Assembly: GCA_964106915.2 (NCBI GenBank)
Contig: OZ066916.1
From: Podarcis gaigeae
Taxonomy: Eukaryota
Length of the DNA: 64,000 nt
Reading direction: 5' to 3' (one strand)
Positions 25,177 through 39,100 of the stretch are shown here, in pieces. The position numbers were made by a program, and so were the translations under genes. Numbering within the stretch: position 1 is the stretch's first letter; each line of letters starts with the position of its first letter. The notes under the pieces are model-generated. The model made no database searches and was not told where the DNA came from. It saw nothing but the letters and a program-made list of their open reading frames with translations.

Positions 25177-26688
25177 TTTTAAGACACTGATAGCTAAGAC
25201 AACAGAATTAGGAGCCACTAGAGAGTAGCTTGTATATTTCTGTTTGTCTACTGTACAGGCAAATTCCTTCCTAGCTCCGAATACAGCAACCATTAGCAAC
25301 CATAGCAAGGCCAGGAAACCTAACAAATCAAAACATGACTAAACAGAATAAAACCTAGGGAATAAAGCAAGGTTAAAGCAGCAGCCTGAAAAACAAAATA
25401 GGTTTAAAATGCATGATGATAAAGGATTGACCTAGAATGTAATAAAAAATGAAGGAGGGAGGAAGGGTTTGCTGCAGCCAGTATCCAGTCAGCCAGGTTG
25501 TGGGGTGGGGGAGTTCTGATGGGCCTGTTTGAACTTAACCTTTTGGTGGGGAGTCCTGCTTTGTGACCCTGCCAGCAGGGGAAATTTTCAGAAAGCCAGG
25601 GACAGTGGCTGCAACCACTGCCCACCCCCTAGGAACACGGCGAGCGGCTATTCCTGCTATATCTAATGAGTGGAGATACAGAATTCCTGTGTTACCAGTA
25701 ATGTGTATATCCACTCTTAGGGCCAGACAAGACCTCATGCTATTCACTTTGCATTGTATTTTTTTAAAAAAATAAATAACAGGCATGCCCTTCATGAACC
25801 AGATTAGGACAATGGCAGAGGAAAGGCTTAAAGTCTCCCCCTAATGGTCATGATCTCCCTTTAGCTGCCCTAAATTTACTATTTATTAATACAAGGGCTA
25901 ACAACATGGATACCATAAACAGTTTAGCTCTTAGACACCTTCCTTCTGGGCCGTGGCTTTCATGGGGTGTGTGTGTTGCAGATTGCAATATTTTTTCCTT
26001 TTTTTAGTATTGGAAAATCACTGCCCCTTCTGACTCTTCACACAGCCCCCTCCCCCTCCTCCATTATCATAAAAATATAATGGGCATAGAATGTTAGAGT
26101 TTGTCATACAAAGGTGCTTCAATTCCCTCACCCATATTGCTACTTTCTTTCATCTTTTCACTGATAATTGCTTTCCAGGCTCTCTCCGTGAAGAGTTTGA
26201 ATATTCAGTGTTACAAGGAAATGGTGTGAGAAATGAATTGACATTGTACTGGTAGTAAGCACCAGCCAATGAAAACTACCATATTACAAAGATCCTATTG
26301 CAGACATCTCTTCTGGAATTACTAAATTATGATTGCAAGAGATATGCTTTTGAAAGTTTTAATTGTGACTGTACTACATAAAGTTAAGCAAGGGAGTGCA
26401 AGGTCCACTATGGTATGGTATGAATTAATGTTATTGTTGAATGCTAGCCAGTCTATAATAAAAAACTTGCTGTTTTTATATACTGTACATTAAAATGTGT
26501 AAGTCAAACCAACAATCCCTGGATCCCAAGGAAACAGTAGTCCTAACAAAAAAATAGATTTTTGAAAAATTTATTTACGGAAGAAGAAACACCAGGATTT
26601 GCTGAGTTTCTGCCTCTGTGTCTTGGTAAATTCCTTTGCTGCTTTTTGTGGATTTGCAATCTACACAAACTGCAGAATAGGAATTACT

Positions 26689-26960
26689 TTCTTTTTTTAT
26701 ATAACATTTTATTAATTTTCCAAAAATGACAACAAAAGAAATAAAAATTACGACAACAATATTTAAAGAAAAAGAAAACATCATAAACAAATTTTTAAAC
26801 CACGATTTTTGCTTGACTTTCCTCCACTCCCCCTCTTGGTTCCATTGTTTAAAACTTGTTCATGCACGTCCTTAAAGCCTTATATTCTTAATAATCCCAT
26901 TTTTAAACCTTCTTCATCTAATTACAAGTGACTTTTAAAAGTTACACTAATGTAAAAATC
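26689..26960 (-). mobile_element. L1-type LINE 3' UTR/poly(A) remnant
   Basis: T-run followed by tttttatt (poly(A) signal on the minus strand), then an A-rich tract and a gactttcctccactcccc motif; same layout as 51190-51641. Confidence 0.45.
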
Positions 26961-27399
26961 TATACATGAAGCTTAAAAGACATGCCTTAAACACTTGCCC
27001 CTTTAAAAAAAATTCAAAGTCCTCTTTCTTTCTTGGGTTTCAAGTTAACTGATTTGTCCTGCATAGTTCAATAGTTTATTTTGCCAATCTTCTTTATCTT
27101 CTTTGGCGGAGGCTTCTTTCTTCTGCAGGAGCTGGCTGGTATGGGCCTGGCACCCACTCTTAAGTACAGGAACAGAGTCTTTCTTTCAAGTCCTGTATGT
27201 CTCAATATCAAAGAATGGGAATTACTTTCAAGCAAGCCCCTACTGGGCCACTTAACTTACACGGAGAGCCAAGGAAAGGCTCCAGTCTGCTGCCTCACAT
27301 GACAACCTGCATGCCTAATTTTCCAAGGGCGTCAGCTGATAGGTCTTGCACTCCCTGCAGACCTACTTGCAAAGAGGAGGGCTAAAACTTTCTGCTTCA

Positions 27400-27980
27400 A
27401 TTTAGTTATTAAAAAAATAATAATAATGTGCTGCTGTATCATAAAAAAATCAATGTGGTTTACAGCAACAATATATACAATAAAAATCATAAAACCAGAG
27501 ATCATTCTTACAGAAATAGGTTTTCCTAATTACCCGCAGACATCTGGCAGCATTAAAAAGTTTTCAACAGGCATTTAAATATTAAATCAGAGAATGCCTG
27601 CTAAGTATCTATTGGCTGAGCAATTCACAGGACTTGGTTGATGACACTAAAGGCTCAGTTTCTTGTTTCTGTCAAATGAGCCTCACCAGCTCAGGGGTGC
27701 TATTGCAGATTGCCTCAGCTATCGCCCTGGGTTATGAGAGTTCAGGCAGTCACTAAAGTAGTGCGGACCTAAACCGCTGAGGATTTTGTAATTTAATGCA
27801 AACATCTTGAACCTGCTAGGTAGTGAATGGACAACCAGTGCAGATGTTTTAACAAAGGTGTCACATGTCGGCAACTATGTGCCCCCCCCAGTACACCCTT
27901 TGGAGGTTCTGAGCCGGGCCCAATGGCACCCCACGTAAAGCATATTGTGGTAATCCAGCCAGGTTACCACCTCATGGACT
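27400..27980 (-). mobile_element. Old L2-type LINE fragment
   Basis: attgtggtaatccagcc (RLDYHN-like on the minus strand), caaccagtgcag (LHWL motif) and a degenerate 3' end; boundaries approximate. Confidence 0.55.
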
Positions 27981-30900
27981 ACAATGGTCAGGCTGTAGCC
28001 CTTCCTTAGGTGAATTTAGTTGTGAAGTAAAAGGGCAACTTGCTATCCACTCACTCATGTTGGATAGATCTGCTTTCCAGGAAAGGACTACAATGTGCTG
28101 TGTGAAAATGGCTTGCAAGCTTTATATATACCCCCCTGCTGTGGTAGATTTGCTGAGAAAGAGAGGGGCGATGTTCTTTGAAATGGGTTTGATCGTTACC
28201 TACCATTTTTCCAGCTCCCCCCCCCGAAAAGCCTTTCCTGGGGGGCTCTGTTAAATGGGGGAGGGCCTGGGGAATACTTAAAAGATTCCCTCCCCACCCA
28301 CAGCCCCTGTGCCACTGTCTCCCCTATTTAGCAGGTTACTCCAGTTCTCAGGAGAGGCTTCAGAATGGAGATTTCCAAGAGGAGGAAGAAACCAGGTGAG
28401 TTAGCTTCCACCATCCACATTTCCCACACACCTTTGTGGCTCCAATACAACTTCTGTTAAGACATCACAAGGAATATTTTGGGGAAAGTGAGTACCCACT
28501 GTAATAAAGCATTTACCTTCTCTTCAGAGAGCCCAGAGGTGGAGCCCTAAAGAGAGACATTGCTAAATGTGTTGACAAGAATTGGTTCTGAGACTCCCTA
28601 TAAAATGTTTTCCTTCTATCTCTTCTATGTTTGGCATTACAATCATTGTGTGGTTTAATTTTTCTTCCCTGTTCTGTTTTTGAAGAGGTTACTTTTATTA
28701 TCCATTTGCTTTAAATGGTGCACACTGTATTAATTTATTGCAAAAGTTGATGGAAAGATTGATTTCTATAATAAAAATGTACTGTTGTTTAATAGTATTA
28801 GTACAGAGAAAATTAAAAAGGAAACAAGATAGTGTCGTCCTCCCCCCCCCCCTCTCCACTTGGACTGCCCCTTCTGGCATGCATTGCAGGAAACCAAAAT
28901 GAAAGTGCAACTTTTTCAGTCATTTTTAATATTACTAAATCAGTTAATGGAACTGTGATTATTGCTTTGATACCAATATACCGTAAGTAGGAGTATAATT
29001 AATCTAAAACACTTGTAGGTATTTAAGTTCATAGCTTTCAGGCTGACTAGACTTGAAACAATCCAAGAATCTCAATTATATAATATAAGCCATCCGTTTC
29101 ACTTTTCAGTGGTCTACATTTCAACATGGATACTTGGCACATTTGTGTTCATCATGATGTTTTGCACAAGTAGACACACACACAAACAGATCTTATATAT
29201 TTGGATGTGATTTTGAAGTGCACTTCACCTTTTGGTTACCCTTCCTCTGAGTAATCCTGTTTACCCCAGTATATTTTGTGTCCGAATGAAAGGAAGAAAA
29301 CAAAATACTTGTGAGATACAGTACATTTGGTTTGTCTGCTTTCCCAAATACAGAAATGGAACTGTTTGTTTTAAATTCTGCTCATGCATACTGCTAGGTA
29401 CATAGGCCAGTATCTGATGGATGCATGTAGCAAGGAGGCAACTTACAAATCAAGTAACAATTTAATTTCCCAATTCATTGTGAAGGCATTCTTTTCCATT
29501 TGTGTTTAACTTTCCACAGAGCATCCATTCAAGCTCTGGCTCTGGGGGACTACCAGTTGTTTCTTAGCAACTGGTGGTCACTGGGGCCTTGCTATCCTGG
29601 CTATATTTAATCAGAATTCTTATAAAGCATTTCCTAATTATTTAGAGGCAAAACACAAAACAAAACAAATTGATGGTGAAATAAGTTTTAATTTAGTGCA
29701 GACGAGGAAAGGACTTGGTTGTTATGTATAGTGTCATTTGATAATGGCACTAGGTAGAATTGGGCTGTATCGTTTCTGGTTAGAGTTGTGTGTTTCCTGT
29801 TGCTTCTTGTTTAAGAGAGACAATAAAATTCATATTCCTCTTCTTAACTGCTACAGCTTCTAAGCCTTCCATGAGAGGTATGTAATAATAAAGGTGCTTT
29901 TTTAAAAAGGCCAGCCAGATTATCAGATGGACAAAACATTCATCAGCACTTTGGCACTGAAATTTAAGATACACACAACTGGCAAATGTTTATTTTTAAA
30001 TGCAGAATATGTGTTGATGGAAGCTGGGGCCAGTTCCAGGCTTCTGAGCACCTCTAGCAAGGTCCCTCTTCTCCCCCACCCCCACCCCCAGTAGGCTTAG
30101 TTGAGCTGATCTGTGTCTGCAGGTGTGCAACAGGACAGAAGAGTTCAACAGGTGAAGTTTTCAAACCCTTTATCATTATGGTAAGGAATTGGTGTCCTGA
30201 TGAATTTCTATCATGCTCTTGTTACGGACAAGCATTTCTATCTTCACCAGACCTACTCTGTAAGTCAGAATGGGAAGGCTTCCCAATGCTACTCTCTTTA
30301 TTAAGAAAAAAAGATTAGTAAAAACTAGAGAAACTTTTTTAGTAAAAACTTTTTTAAAAAGCAAGCCAATTCCCAAGTTTCAATTAAAGCTGGAATCATA
30401 AATATGCTTGCATGGATGTAAATCTTACTGAAACCAGTGTTGCTGACTTAGTATATATACCTAGAATTGGAACATTTATGTGAAATCTTATATTCATATA
30501 GTATATATACATATACTAAGGCTGTGGACAAATTACCATTTACCAGTGTGGTTCCACTGCTAGTGTTTAATGGTGTTAGCAACAATCCATATCTATCCTG
30601 TAGATCCTGGAGAAATATTTCTGTTTGATGTGTTTCCCCTCAAAGAAGCTTCCATCCAATTTCAAAATGTAAGCCACGGTTAAGCTGAGGTGTGTACATC
30701 TGAGACACCCATTGTGCATGTGTGGATAGCAACTACATAGCATAGGAGTTTGGCGCACTGCAGACACAGGGAAACATATCCAGAAATGTTCCTCTGGTGA
30801 AGATATCTCTGCCCCCTCTCTGGTGTGTATAGCAACATAAAAATGTGATGAGAAAAGGAGTGGGTGACCTCACTGCATTTTAAGCCACTAATACATATTT

Positions 30901-31779
30901 AGGCTAAGTCTTCAAAATGGAGTCAGGTGCCTCCACTTGGGAGCTATAAGATATGAATCAGCCCTCAGAAATTTTGTTCAGTCACATAAAAAACTGAAGT
31001 GGAATAAGGTGGTTACATATCTTTCCTGCTTCTTTTTTGCACCAATTTGACTATTTTCTGAAAGTATGGTCGGGGGGAGAAAAACTGCAAAAGAAACTGT
31101 AAGTTTATTAACAAGATATAGTTCTGACAGCGATTAAATCAATGGACAGTGCATCTTTTAAGTAAGCATCCCACTGAATTCAGTGAAGCTAAATTCTTTT
31201 CAAATGGAAAAACACAGGTCAGCTTAACCTGCTGTGTTATCACGGGTAACCTGATATCACATAGCCAAGGGAAAGTGATTTAAATGTCTAGATATGGAAG
31301 ACAAGTCTGCCACAATCCTGTAATGGAAAAAGGTCAACACAGATCCTTGGTATACATATAAATCTGTTCATAAACTCTGATCACCATTCACATATTGAGC
31401 TACATAGCAAGGCTCATATCCCACAGGACATTGTTCAAATTAATAGGCCTGAAACAGAAGCAGTGAAAATTTAGTAAAGGGCAAAGGATATCAAGACCCA
31501 GAACAATAAATCTTCATGGATTTAGGAACATGGTGCCATTTGAGACTCAAAAGCCACAAGCAACACAGTTTTCCTCCCTAAATCACTCTATAAACTCTGG
31601 CAATCTTCTGAGCTCCCTTTTGAAACAATACTTCTTTTCCTAGTTCCCAGTGCATGCAAATGTTTTGCCATTACAAAACAAGTGCTATTAAATATAATGG
31701 ATAAATAATAAGCAATGCTTCCATATGGTCTAGGGAATCGCCCACTAACAGTGCCTCAGTCTTATTTGGATTGAGTTTC

Positions 31780-32344
31780 TCTCAGGAGCCAGTGTCGGGA
31801 GTAGGTCATCAATAAAAAACAAACAAACCACTGGTGTCAGTGAAGTTAACTCTTCATTCAAAGAAACCAAAACAGTGCAGCTTGGTGATCACAGCACCTC
31901 TTCCCAGTAGAGCTTGCCCCAGTGAAGCAGTTGTGAGGACTGAAGGTCCCTGCCTTCCCACCACTCTTTAAGGCTCCTCCTTTGGTTCCATCTTGCCTCT
32001 TTGCTCCACCCTCTTCTTTTCTATCCAAGTTCTGTGAAACCAGGGAGGAGGGGAGCTGGTTGCAGCAGGAGGGAGAGACTCCCTGGATTCCTCAGCACCC
32101 TGCCTCTTCTCTCTCTCGTGGCCCCGCTCCTATTTTGCCTCTGATTCTGGAATGTCCCAGCTTCTTCCTGCTCATTCAACCCTGTTGCCTCTTCAGCTCC
32201 TGACACCTCATCCTCCCAGCCTTCTCCCTCTTCTCCCTTTTACCACTTGTCACACCACCAATCCCTTGGCTCTGAGCCTTCTTAACCTGGGAGTTCCTTT
32301 GGGGGTTCCCCAGCTGGTGCCTCCCATCCAGCCAGTCCATGACA
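31780..32344 (-). mobile_element. Probable solo LTR inserted into an L2 element
   Basis: Ends t(c)tca...tgaca; purine-rich U3-like minus strand; L2-like sequence appears to continue across it (ggattgagt... / ...cttcaattt); TSD not clean. Confidence 0.5.
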
Positions 32345-33045
32345 TCTTCAATTTTCCTTGGCTCTTACTCAGTTTACTACTGAAGAAAGACAACAGTCCA
32401 GCACGTCCAGCACTGTCTCGCCTGTAGATGTACGGGAAAGTAGTGTTGTGTGTCATCAACATATTGCTGACAACTTACTCCAAATTTCCAGACATCCCCA
32501 CTCAGTAGTTTCATGTAGATGTTAAACAGCATAGGGGACAAAATCAAACTCTGAGGAAACCTACATTGAAAGCTCCACAGGACTGAAGAATACTCCCCAT
32601 GCAACACCCCCTGCAAACATCCATTCAGGTAGGACCGGAAGCACCTCAAAGCGGTGCCACCTACCCCTAAACTGCTGAGGTTGAGAATTAATGGGGACAC
32701 ATTTCCCCTGTCCCTCTCCCAACACAGATCATCATACAAGGCAACCAAAGCAGTTTCAGTGCCAAATCTGGGCCTAAACCCCTAGTGACTGCCTGGATCT
32801 GGTCTGCGACCACCTGCTCAAGAACTTTGCCCAAGAAGGGGAGATTGGCAAGTGGCTGGTAGTTATAGTTAGATTTTCTTGAGGAGTGGTTTTACCACTG
32901 CCTCCTTCAAGCAGGCAGGGACCGCCCCCTCTTGCAAGGAGGAATTAATCACCTCCCTGGCCCAGCCAGCTGTCCCCTTCCTACTAGTTTTTTCAGCTAA
33001 GGGAACAGGGGTCCAGAGTGCAAGTGGTCGCCCTGACCGATTCAA
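32345..33045 (-). mobile_element. L2-clade LINE reverse transcriptase remnant (pseudogenised)
   Basis: ATTCTLDP...INSSLQEG.VPACLKEAVVKPLL; ALYDDL...GVGGTALRCFRSYL...PQSLILSPMLFNIYM...QYVDDTQ (RT YADD box); the LLDLSAAFD segment is deleted. Confidence 0.88.
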
Positions 33046-34414
33046 GCACCTTGTCTACATCCTTAAGGCTTACCTTCATGTAGATATTCAACAATATGGG
33101 GGATAAAATGGAACTGAAGGCTCCATGAAGCTACATAATTTAGTGCAAGATGTATGCCTAGAATGAGATATTAAAGTTTGCAATATTATTTTGTATAGGT
33201 AGGCATATGAACAACATGGTTATGAAACAGTACTGAATGTACTGGTACAGAAAAAGGCTGTTTGTAGTCCTGTGGGAAGTTGTGTGAGCATCAAACAACA
33301 GTTTCTTCCAGAGCTTTCTTTTCCTGGAGACAAAAGGTATCTGGAAACATTTGAGGATAGGGTGCTGCTCAATTATTAATGAGACACTTCAAAAATTCTG
33401 CAGTTGGAGTGGTAAAAGTCTCCATATAATGTAGGATTAAGGTAGGAGGATTTTAACACCAAAAGAGTAGGCAGTACACAATTTGATAATTCCTAACCTC
33501 AGCACGATAGTCTCCATGGCAAGCTAAAGCAGTAAAACAGCCAAACACACCAAACTCTTAATTACTTTGAAATCACATTTAAGGCTCCCAGGAAGATCAA
33601 ATAAGATAACATTCTGAAATCTTTGATTGTATGGATTATAGTTTAGTTGACTTACCCTTAATTAGTTTTGCCTTTGTATTTTTCACCGTGATGGTTTTGC
33701 AAACGTCTGGGGCCAATTTTCATGTGATGTTGGAGCTTAGAGTTACGGCCACTGTGTCGTCAGCTATTGAAGGATAACCTTAAGAAAAAAACATTCCTTC
33801 TTCAAATGAGTGAGGCCCAAAACATGAAAACAACATCTGCTACTGAAAACAAAGGGAACTGGCAAATCCCACTGACCCCTGTGCTGACTGTATTATATAT
33901 GTTGCAGTCAGATGCTTCCTGGGCTCTGCAGCTTAGTCAGTTGGGTGCTGTGGTCTTGGTAACAACTGAAGAGCAAAACTGGCGTTCTTACACAATACTG
34001 GCTTGATCCCTGCTTTATCACACCCTTTATCAGTGTTTCCTGCCTATCCTAGATTCAGCAAAACTCTACCACATAAGGGAAGTCATGAACCTCTGGAGGG
34101 GTGAGAGGGCAAATGTATTCAGTATTTTATGGGCTTTTCTGGTTTATATCATCTGGGGAGGTTGGTACAAGAGCTAGCACAATTTTTCACAATGGATGGA
34201 GGCAGAGCTTCCACCTGCCAGGCAGGGAGTCGGGTTTCAGATGTGATATGTTTGGGCACCAATTGAATCTAGGGTCTGGTGCAAGGTTGGATCTGGCTAG
34301 TATCTTCATGATTATAGATGAGCAATAGCAGAACATGCAAAGATGTCTTATGCTGAGTTGGACCATTGACTCATCTGGTTTGGCTCATTTGGTATGCTAT
34401 CTAAACTGATGGAA

Positions 34415-34632
34415 AAAACAAAAAAAATTCCTTCCAGTAGTACCTTAAAGACCAACTAAGTTAGTTCTTGGTATGAGCTTTCGTGTGCATGCACACTTCA
34501 GGTATCTGAAGAAGTGTGCATGCACACGAAAGCTCATACCAAGAACTAACTTAGTTGGTCTTTAAGGTGCTACTGGAAGGAATTTTTTTTGTTTTGACTA
34601 TGGCAGACCAACACGGCTACCTATCTGTAACT
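34415..34632 (+). mobile_element. Penelope-like element remnant (inverted pLTR end), young
   Basis: 85-bp inverted arms (34415-34499 / 34511-34595, 1 mismatch) plus tail gaccaacacggctacc; exact 13-bp TSD TAAACTGATGGAA (34402-34414 and 34633-34645). Confidence 0.88.
34501..34540 (+). ncRNA. Minimal type I hammerhead ribozyme motif (Penelope-associated)
   Basis: GGUAU-CUGAAGA-A-GUGUG(CAUG)CACAC-GAAA-GC-UC^AUACC: helix I of 5 bp, complete core, helix II, minimal palindromic helix III (AGCU). Confidence 0.75.
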
Positions 34633-36136
34633 TAAACTGATGGAACGTAGGCTCCAGCCAAGCTCTTCCCTAACTTTGCTTGTTGGGATCCTTTTAAGTG
34701 GAGGTGCCAAGAATTGAACCTAGCTCCTTCTACATGCAATATGTGTGCTCTGCCACCAAACTATGGCCTCTCTTTGAGCGTGAAGACGAGTGTATGGCAA
34801 AGGCAGTGTTGAAGCAAGGTCTAAAGCAGAGACAACAAGTAGTTAGGCAAACAGATTAGATCGAAAATGGGAGACTTAAGACAACATGGGAAAACATTCA
34901 CATAAGGTTTATGACAAAGAATTATGTGCAAGGATAGATTAAAGGACTCTTGCATGAAGCATAGTTTAGAAGTTGAATTACTTAAACTTAATTTGATTTG
35001 ATTTAGAGAACTGTAGCAGAAAAATGTATTTCTGAACAAAGTCGCCTTATGCTTTCTGAGGCCTTATTTTATGTCCCATTGATATAAATTCACGAGCAGA
35101 ATCTGACTCTCATTTGTCTACCCTCTGAACTAAATGCGCAGCAGGGGGTGGGACAGGACATTCATACATTGTGTATATGTGTGTGTTGTACTTTTTACAC
35201 TTAATATCACACAAAATGGTATTTCTAGTGACATATTAGTTGTGCCTCATTATGCTCATCGTGAATGTTTTGAGAAAGTGCCAGGTAATGTTGCATAAAA
35301 TGAAAGTAATCTGGGAAAACATTGCTCCGTTTTACAGAATATTGTATGTCAACATGATGATAACTTTAGTTTTTATGCTAAATTGTCATGGCATTGTTTT
35401 TAATCTTTTCAAACTTATTATTGATACCAAATGCTATTCTACGAATGTAGAAATAGCAGTTCTTACTATGGTAAACTAGGGGGAACAGAAGAGGGAGGCT
35501 GAAATTCTATGCACATTTACCTGGGAACAAGAGATAGGTTGCATTTTAAATGGAGTTAATTGATGGGCAGAGCATTTGTAAGTGGGGAGGGAGAAGTGAA
35601 GTGGTGAGTGATCCACTGCTTCCACAGCTCTGCTTACTTGGGGCAGTTAGGGCAAGCAGTCCATGCCTGCCCACCCCCCAAAAAAAACCAAAACAGGTCT
35701 AGCAAATATTTGCTTTTTGAAACCTTTCAAGGGAAAAATTAACTAGGCCAGCTTTATCCTGATGGGCCCAACCTGGGGCCGCCCAGAAGATAAAGATGCA
35801 AGGTTGCCTGTGCGTCACCTGCATAATATACCACCTTTCAGGAAACACAGACAATGATAGATTTATGCCCACAGATTTCTCCCTGGCAGAGGCACATGTT
35901 CACCCTGACCAAACATCCTCCAACCAGTGGTCCTGCAGGTTAGGATTTTACTGCGAGTTGCTATGCTGTCCTCCTACTTGGCTGAGGTAAAAAATTGCAG
36001 TACATATTGAAAGGTGGGCAACCATTTTCATCAGAAGGGCAACCTTCAGATGGCCAGTGCCAGTGGTGGGTGGTGCCAGAGGCAAAAATGGGTGGAACCA
36101 TACATGTAAAACATGCTTTTGTACAGTAGGCCACCT

Positions 36137-36139
<3 letters not shown>

Positions 36140-36179
<40 letters not shown>
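36140..36179. repeat. (AC)n microsatellite
   Basis: About 20 perfect AC units. Confidence 0.97.
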
Positions 36180-36181
<2 letters not shown>

Positions 36182-39100
36182 CTGTTCTCCATCCCAAAAA
36201 AAAAGCAGGAGGCATTGGCGGAGTCCAAGGACAAATCCAGTTGAGGCAAAACACTCAGGTTCTGTGGGGGGCGGTATAGCCTAGGGAGAGTTCAAGGCCC
36301 ACACAGAGAGGCCTAGAAGGCTCCATTTAGCTCCCAGGCCTGAGTTCCTCCATCTCTGCGCTATATATAGTTGAAGGTCTTTCCATTCAGTTGGAGAATT
36401 CAAGGTTTTAACTGCACAAAAGATGAATAGTTTAATCTAGTTCAGGTAGAGACACTCAGTGAACCGACAGGTTCACTGGCCAGAACGGAATATGAGGGGG
36501 CAGCTTGAGAGGAAATAATTACACCAGGTCCAGGGCTTGTATATTTCCACCTACTTAGGTGTTGTGAGAATGGGAGGTCTTTGGACCTTGCAGATGGCTG
36601 TTGTGATTACTGTAATTGTATTGAAGAGACCTTCTGGAGGGGGCCTCCTCTGCCTGGTGACAGGAAGACCCACAATACCATATGGCCCTTGGGATACCAT
36701 CCCAAAAACCATGGGATTGAATTCTAAATGGCATTTTTTGTGTTTATTATCCCTCCTCAAACCAGATGAAGAATTCCTAGTTGCCAAAACAGTAAAAAAA
36801 GATGGATGTTGATTGTTGGACATGGTTGTTTATTTTCAGCTGGATTCAGTCTGCACCAAACCCACTGTCTTCAGATTAAGTCCTAATTAAGGGTAGAAGT
36901 GCTTAAAAATGAATCATTAACTCCCACTGTTTCAGGTAGTCCTTCAAAGATCTCATCAAAAGCATTTATATGTCAAAGGAAGACACTGTGCTGCTATCTG
37001 TGCTATTTTTTTTAACCTAATGAGAAACTCAGAGCACACTTTAATTAAAAAAATCTATCAAGCAATGCATTGGAAAGAAAGCTAATGAAAGAAGAACAAT
37101 TGTAACTACATCCTCCTTTCTGGTTATTCATACATTTCCGAGTTTCTAGATCTAAAGTATTTAAAAAATACAGTGCATTAAGTTCTGAGTAGTCTTGCAT
37201 TCTTCAGAAGTCTCAGTTCCCACCCACATGCAGTTACCCACCCACCCCGTCTAGTCCCCATTCTTATCTCCCTCATCCATCATTCACTAGAGATTGAATA
37301 GGGCTATGGATCATTTTAATTCTAGCATTCCATAGCTTCCAGATTTATGTCGCTCAATTAAAAGACAAAATTCAGGCTGCAGTACTAAACATGTTTTAAT
37401 GGAAAGTAAGTTAAACTGATCTTGGTGGGTCCTGTTTCTAAGTAAACATTTTTAGGATGCAATTGTATGCCTACCTTGAATTCTCTTAACTTTCTCTACA
37501 GAACTTCTGTATCAAGCAAGCTTTGCATCTATTTCAATCTTTCAGCCAAGTATGTGTCCAAATAAAGGAAAGCTCCATCTGTTTGTCATTTTTGTTGATG
37601 TGCTTGATCTCTGTGAATTGATGGAGCAAAATGTTCTTATAAATAGGGCACAGGTGTTGATCTCAGGATACAGCATGCTTAATCTAGATCCATGTCAATC
37701 TTCTTTTTGAGAGCATTTATAAAAACAGGTGCACATTATCTGAGAGTAAAATGGCACACAGCCATGATTGTGGTTCCAAGGGTATTTTTTCCCCATCTGC
37801 CCTCCTTTGCATGTTTGGCCATTTCTTGTACTGTATTGAATATTGAATGCTCTTTTTCAGAATTTAAATATATTCCTTGCACTTTGTGATAATCTGCTAA
37901 ATTTGCATCCAGTATAGGCTGATCTTGAAGTCTTTCATTTATTGCTGTGCCACAATATACAGAAATTTAGAAGACAGAAGATAGAAAAATCAACGTTTTT
38001 TATCGTAACCACTGAGAAATCACTTTAAAAGTTTATATCTTGTAAGATAGCATCCATAGCCCAAACTCCACCTCTCTCGGTTTTTACTTATGAACTGTGT
38101 CAATTGAAAAGACCAGATGAGCTAAATCAAACATACCATGTGTCAAGTTACAGTGGCCAGAATTTGGCTTAAGGATGCTAATGCACACTGTGAAAGCATC
38201 ACAAAGAATAAAAGAGTCATTCAGGGTTCTCTTTCTATGGAACATTCAAACCACGGCGTTTTAGTGCTTATGGATGCAAAGATATGCTTGAAAGCATGTT
38301 GGCAACCCCGCTAAATATAGATTTCCAGCAGACAGAGAGTGGGGATTTTTTAACCATTACCATTGAAAAATCACTTTAAAAGGTTGCACTTTTAAATCAC
38401 TTGCAAAGCCCTTCCCATGGCTTGGAAAGGTGAATAGCTTTTGAATTTATACTGAATATAACAGCTCGTAGATTTTCTTTGTGTCTCTGTATATCATTAC
38501 ACCTCAGACCATCAATACAACATTTGTAATGACCAGAATATAAATACAGATTTGATACTATTGGGCGTTCATTGTTCTGTATCTGCAGCTGGATTCAGTA
38601 TGCACCTATTCCATTATCTTCAGAGAAAATGAAATCAGGAAAGGACCTGGACCTCTGCATGGTCAGGGTTCTAGAGTGTGTGAAAGTCTATATGCAGATA
38701 TGTGGTGCAGACATTCACACTCAATACATAGGCATCAGAGAAGAAGCTGAGAAGGTGTGTGGTACTTGGAGCAGAGCCAGAGATGCGCACAAGGCATAAA
38801 GAGAGCTCATACGAAGGATACTGATGAAATATGGAAGGATATAGAACTCAGAGTAAATTTCTTAAAACAATGAACATTGTTGAACAAAACACGAAAACCG
38901 GGGAGAGTGGATGCAAATTGGGAAAATCTACAAGGTGCAGAATTCAAGTTAAGTATGGGTTGTTGGGGTTTTTTCTGCTCACAGTGTAGACCTCTCCAAC
39001 ATATAAGATAATAGTAAAGGTAAAATAAGAAACTACCTGCAAGGAATCACGTATGTAAGGCAGCTCTTATTTCTGTTTTAAAGAGCAATATATTTTCCAA

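Larger units (their letters stand above)
34340..34770 (-). mobile_element. tRNA-derived SINE (Squam2/AnolisSINE2-like, named from memory), interrupted by a Penelope-derived insertion
   Basis: Minus-strand head ggccatagtttggtggcagagcac...ggttcaattcttggcacctcc with A and B boxes; tail matches 45135-45322. Confidence 0.65.
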
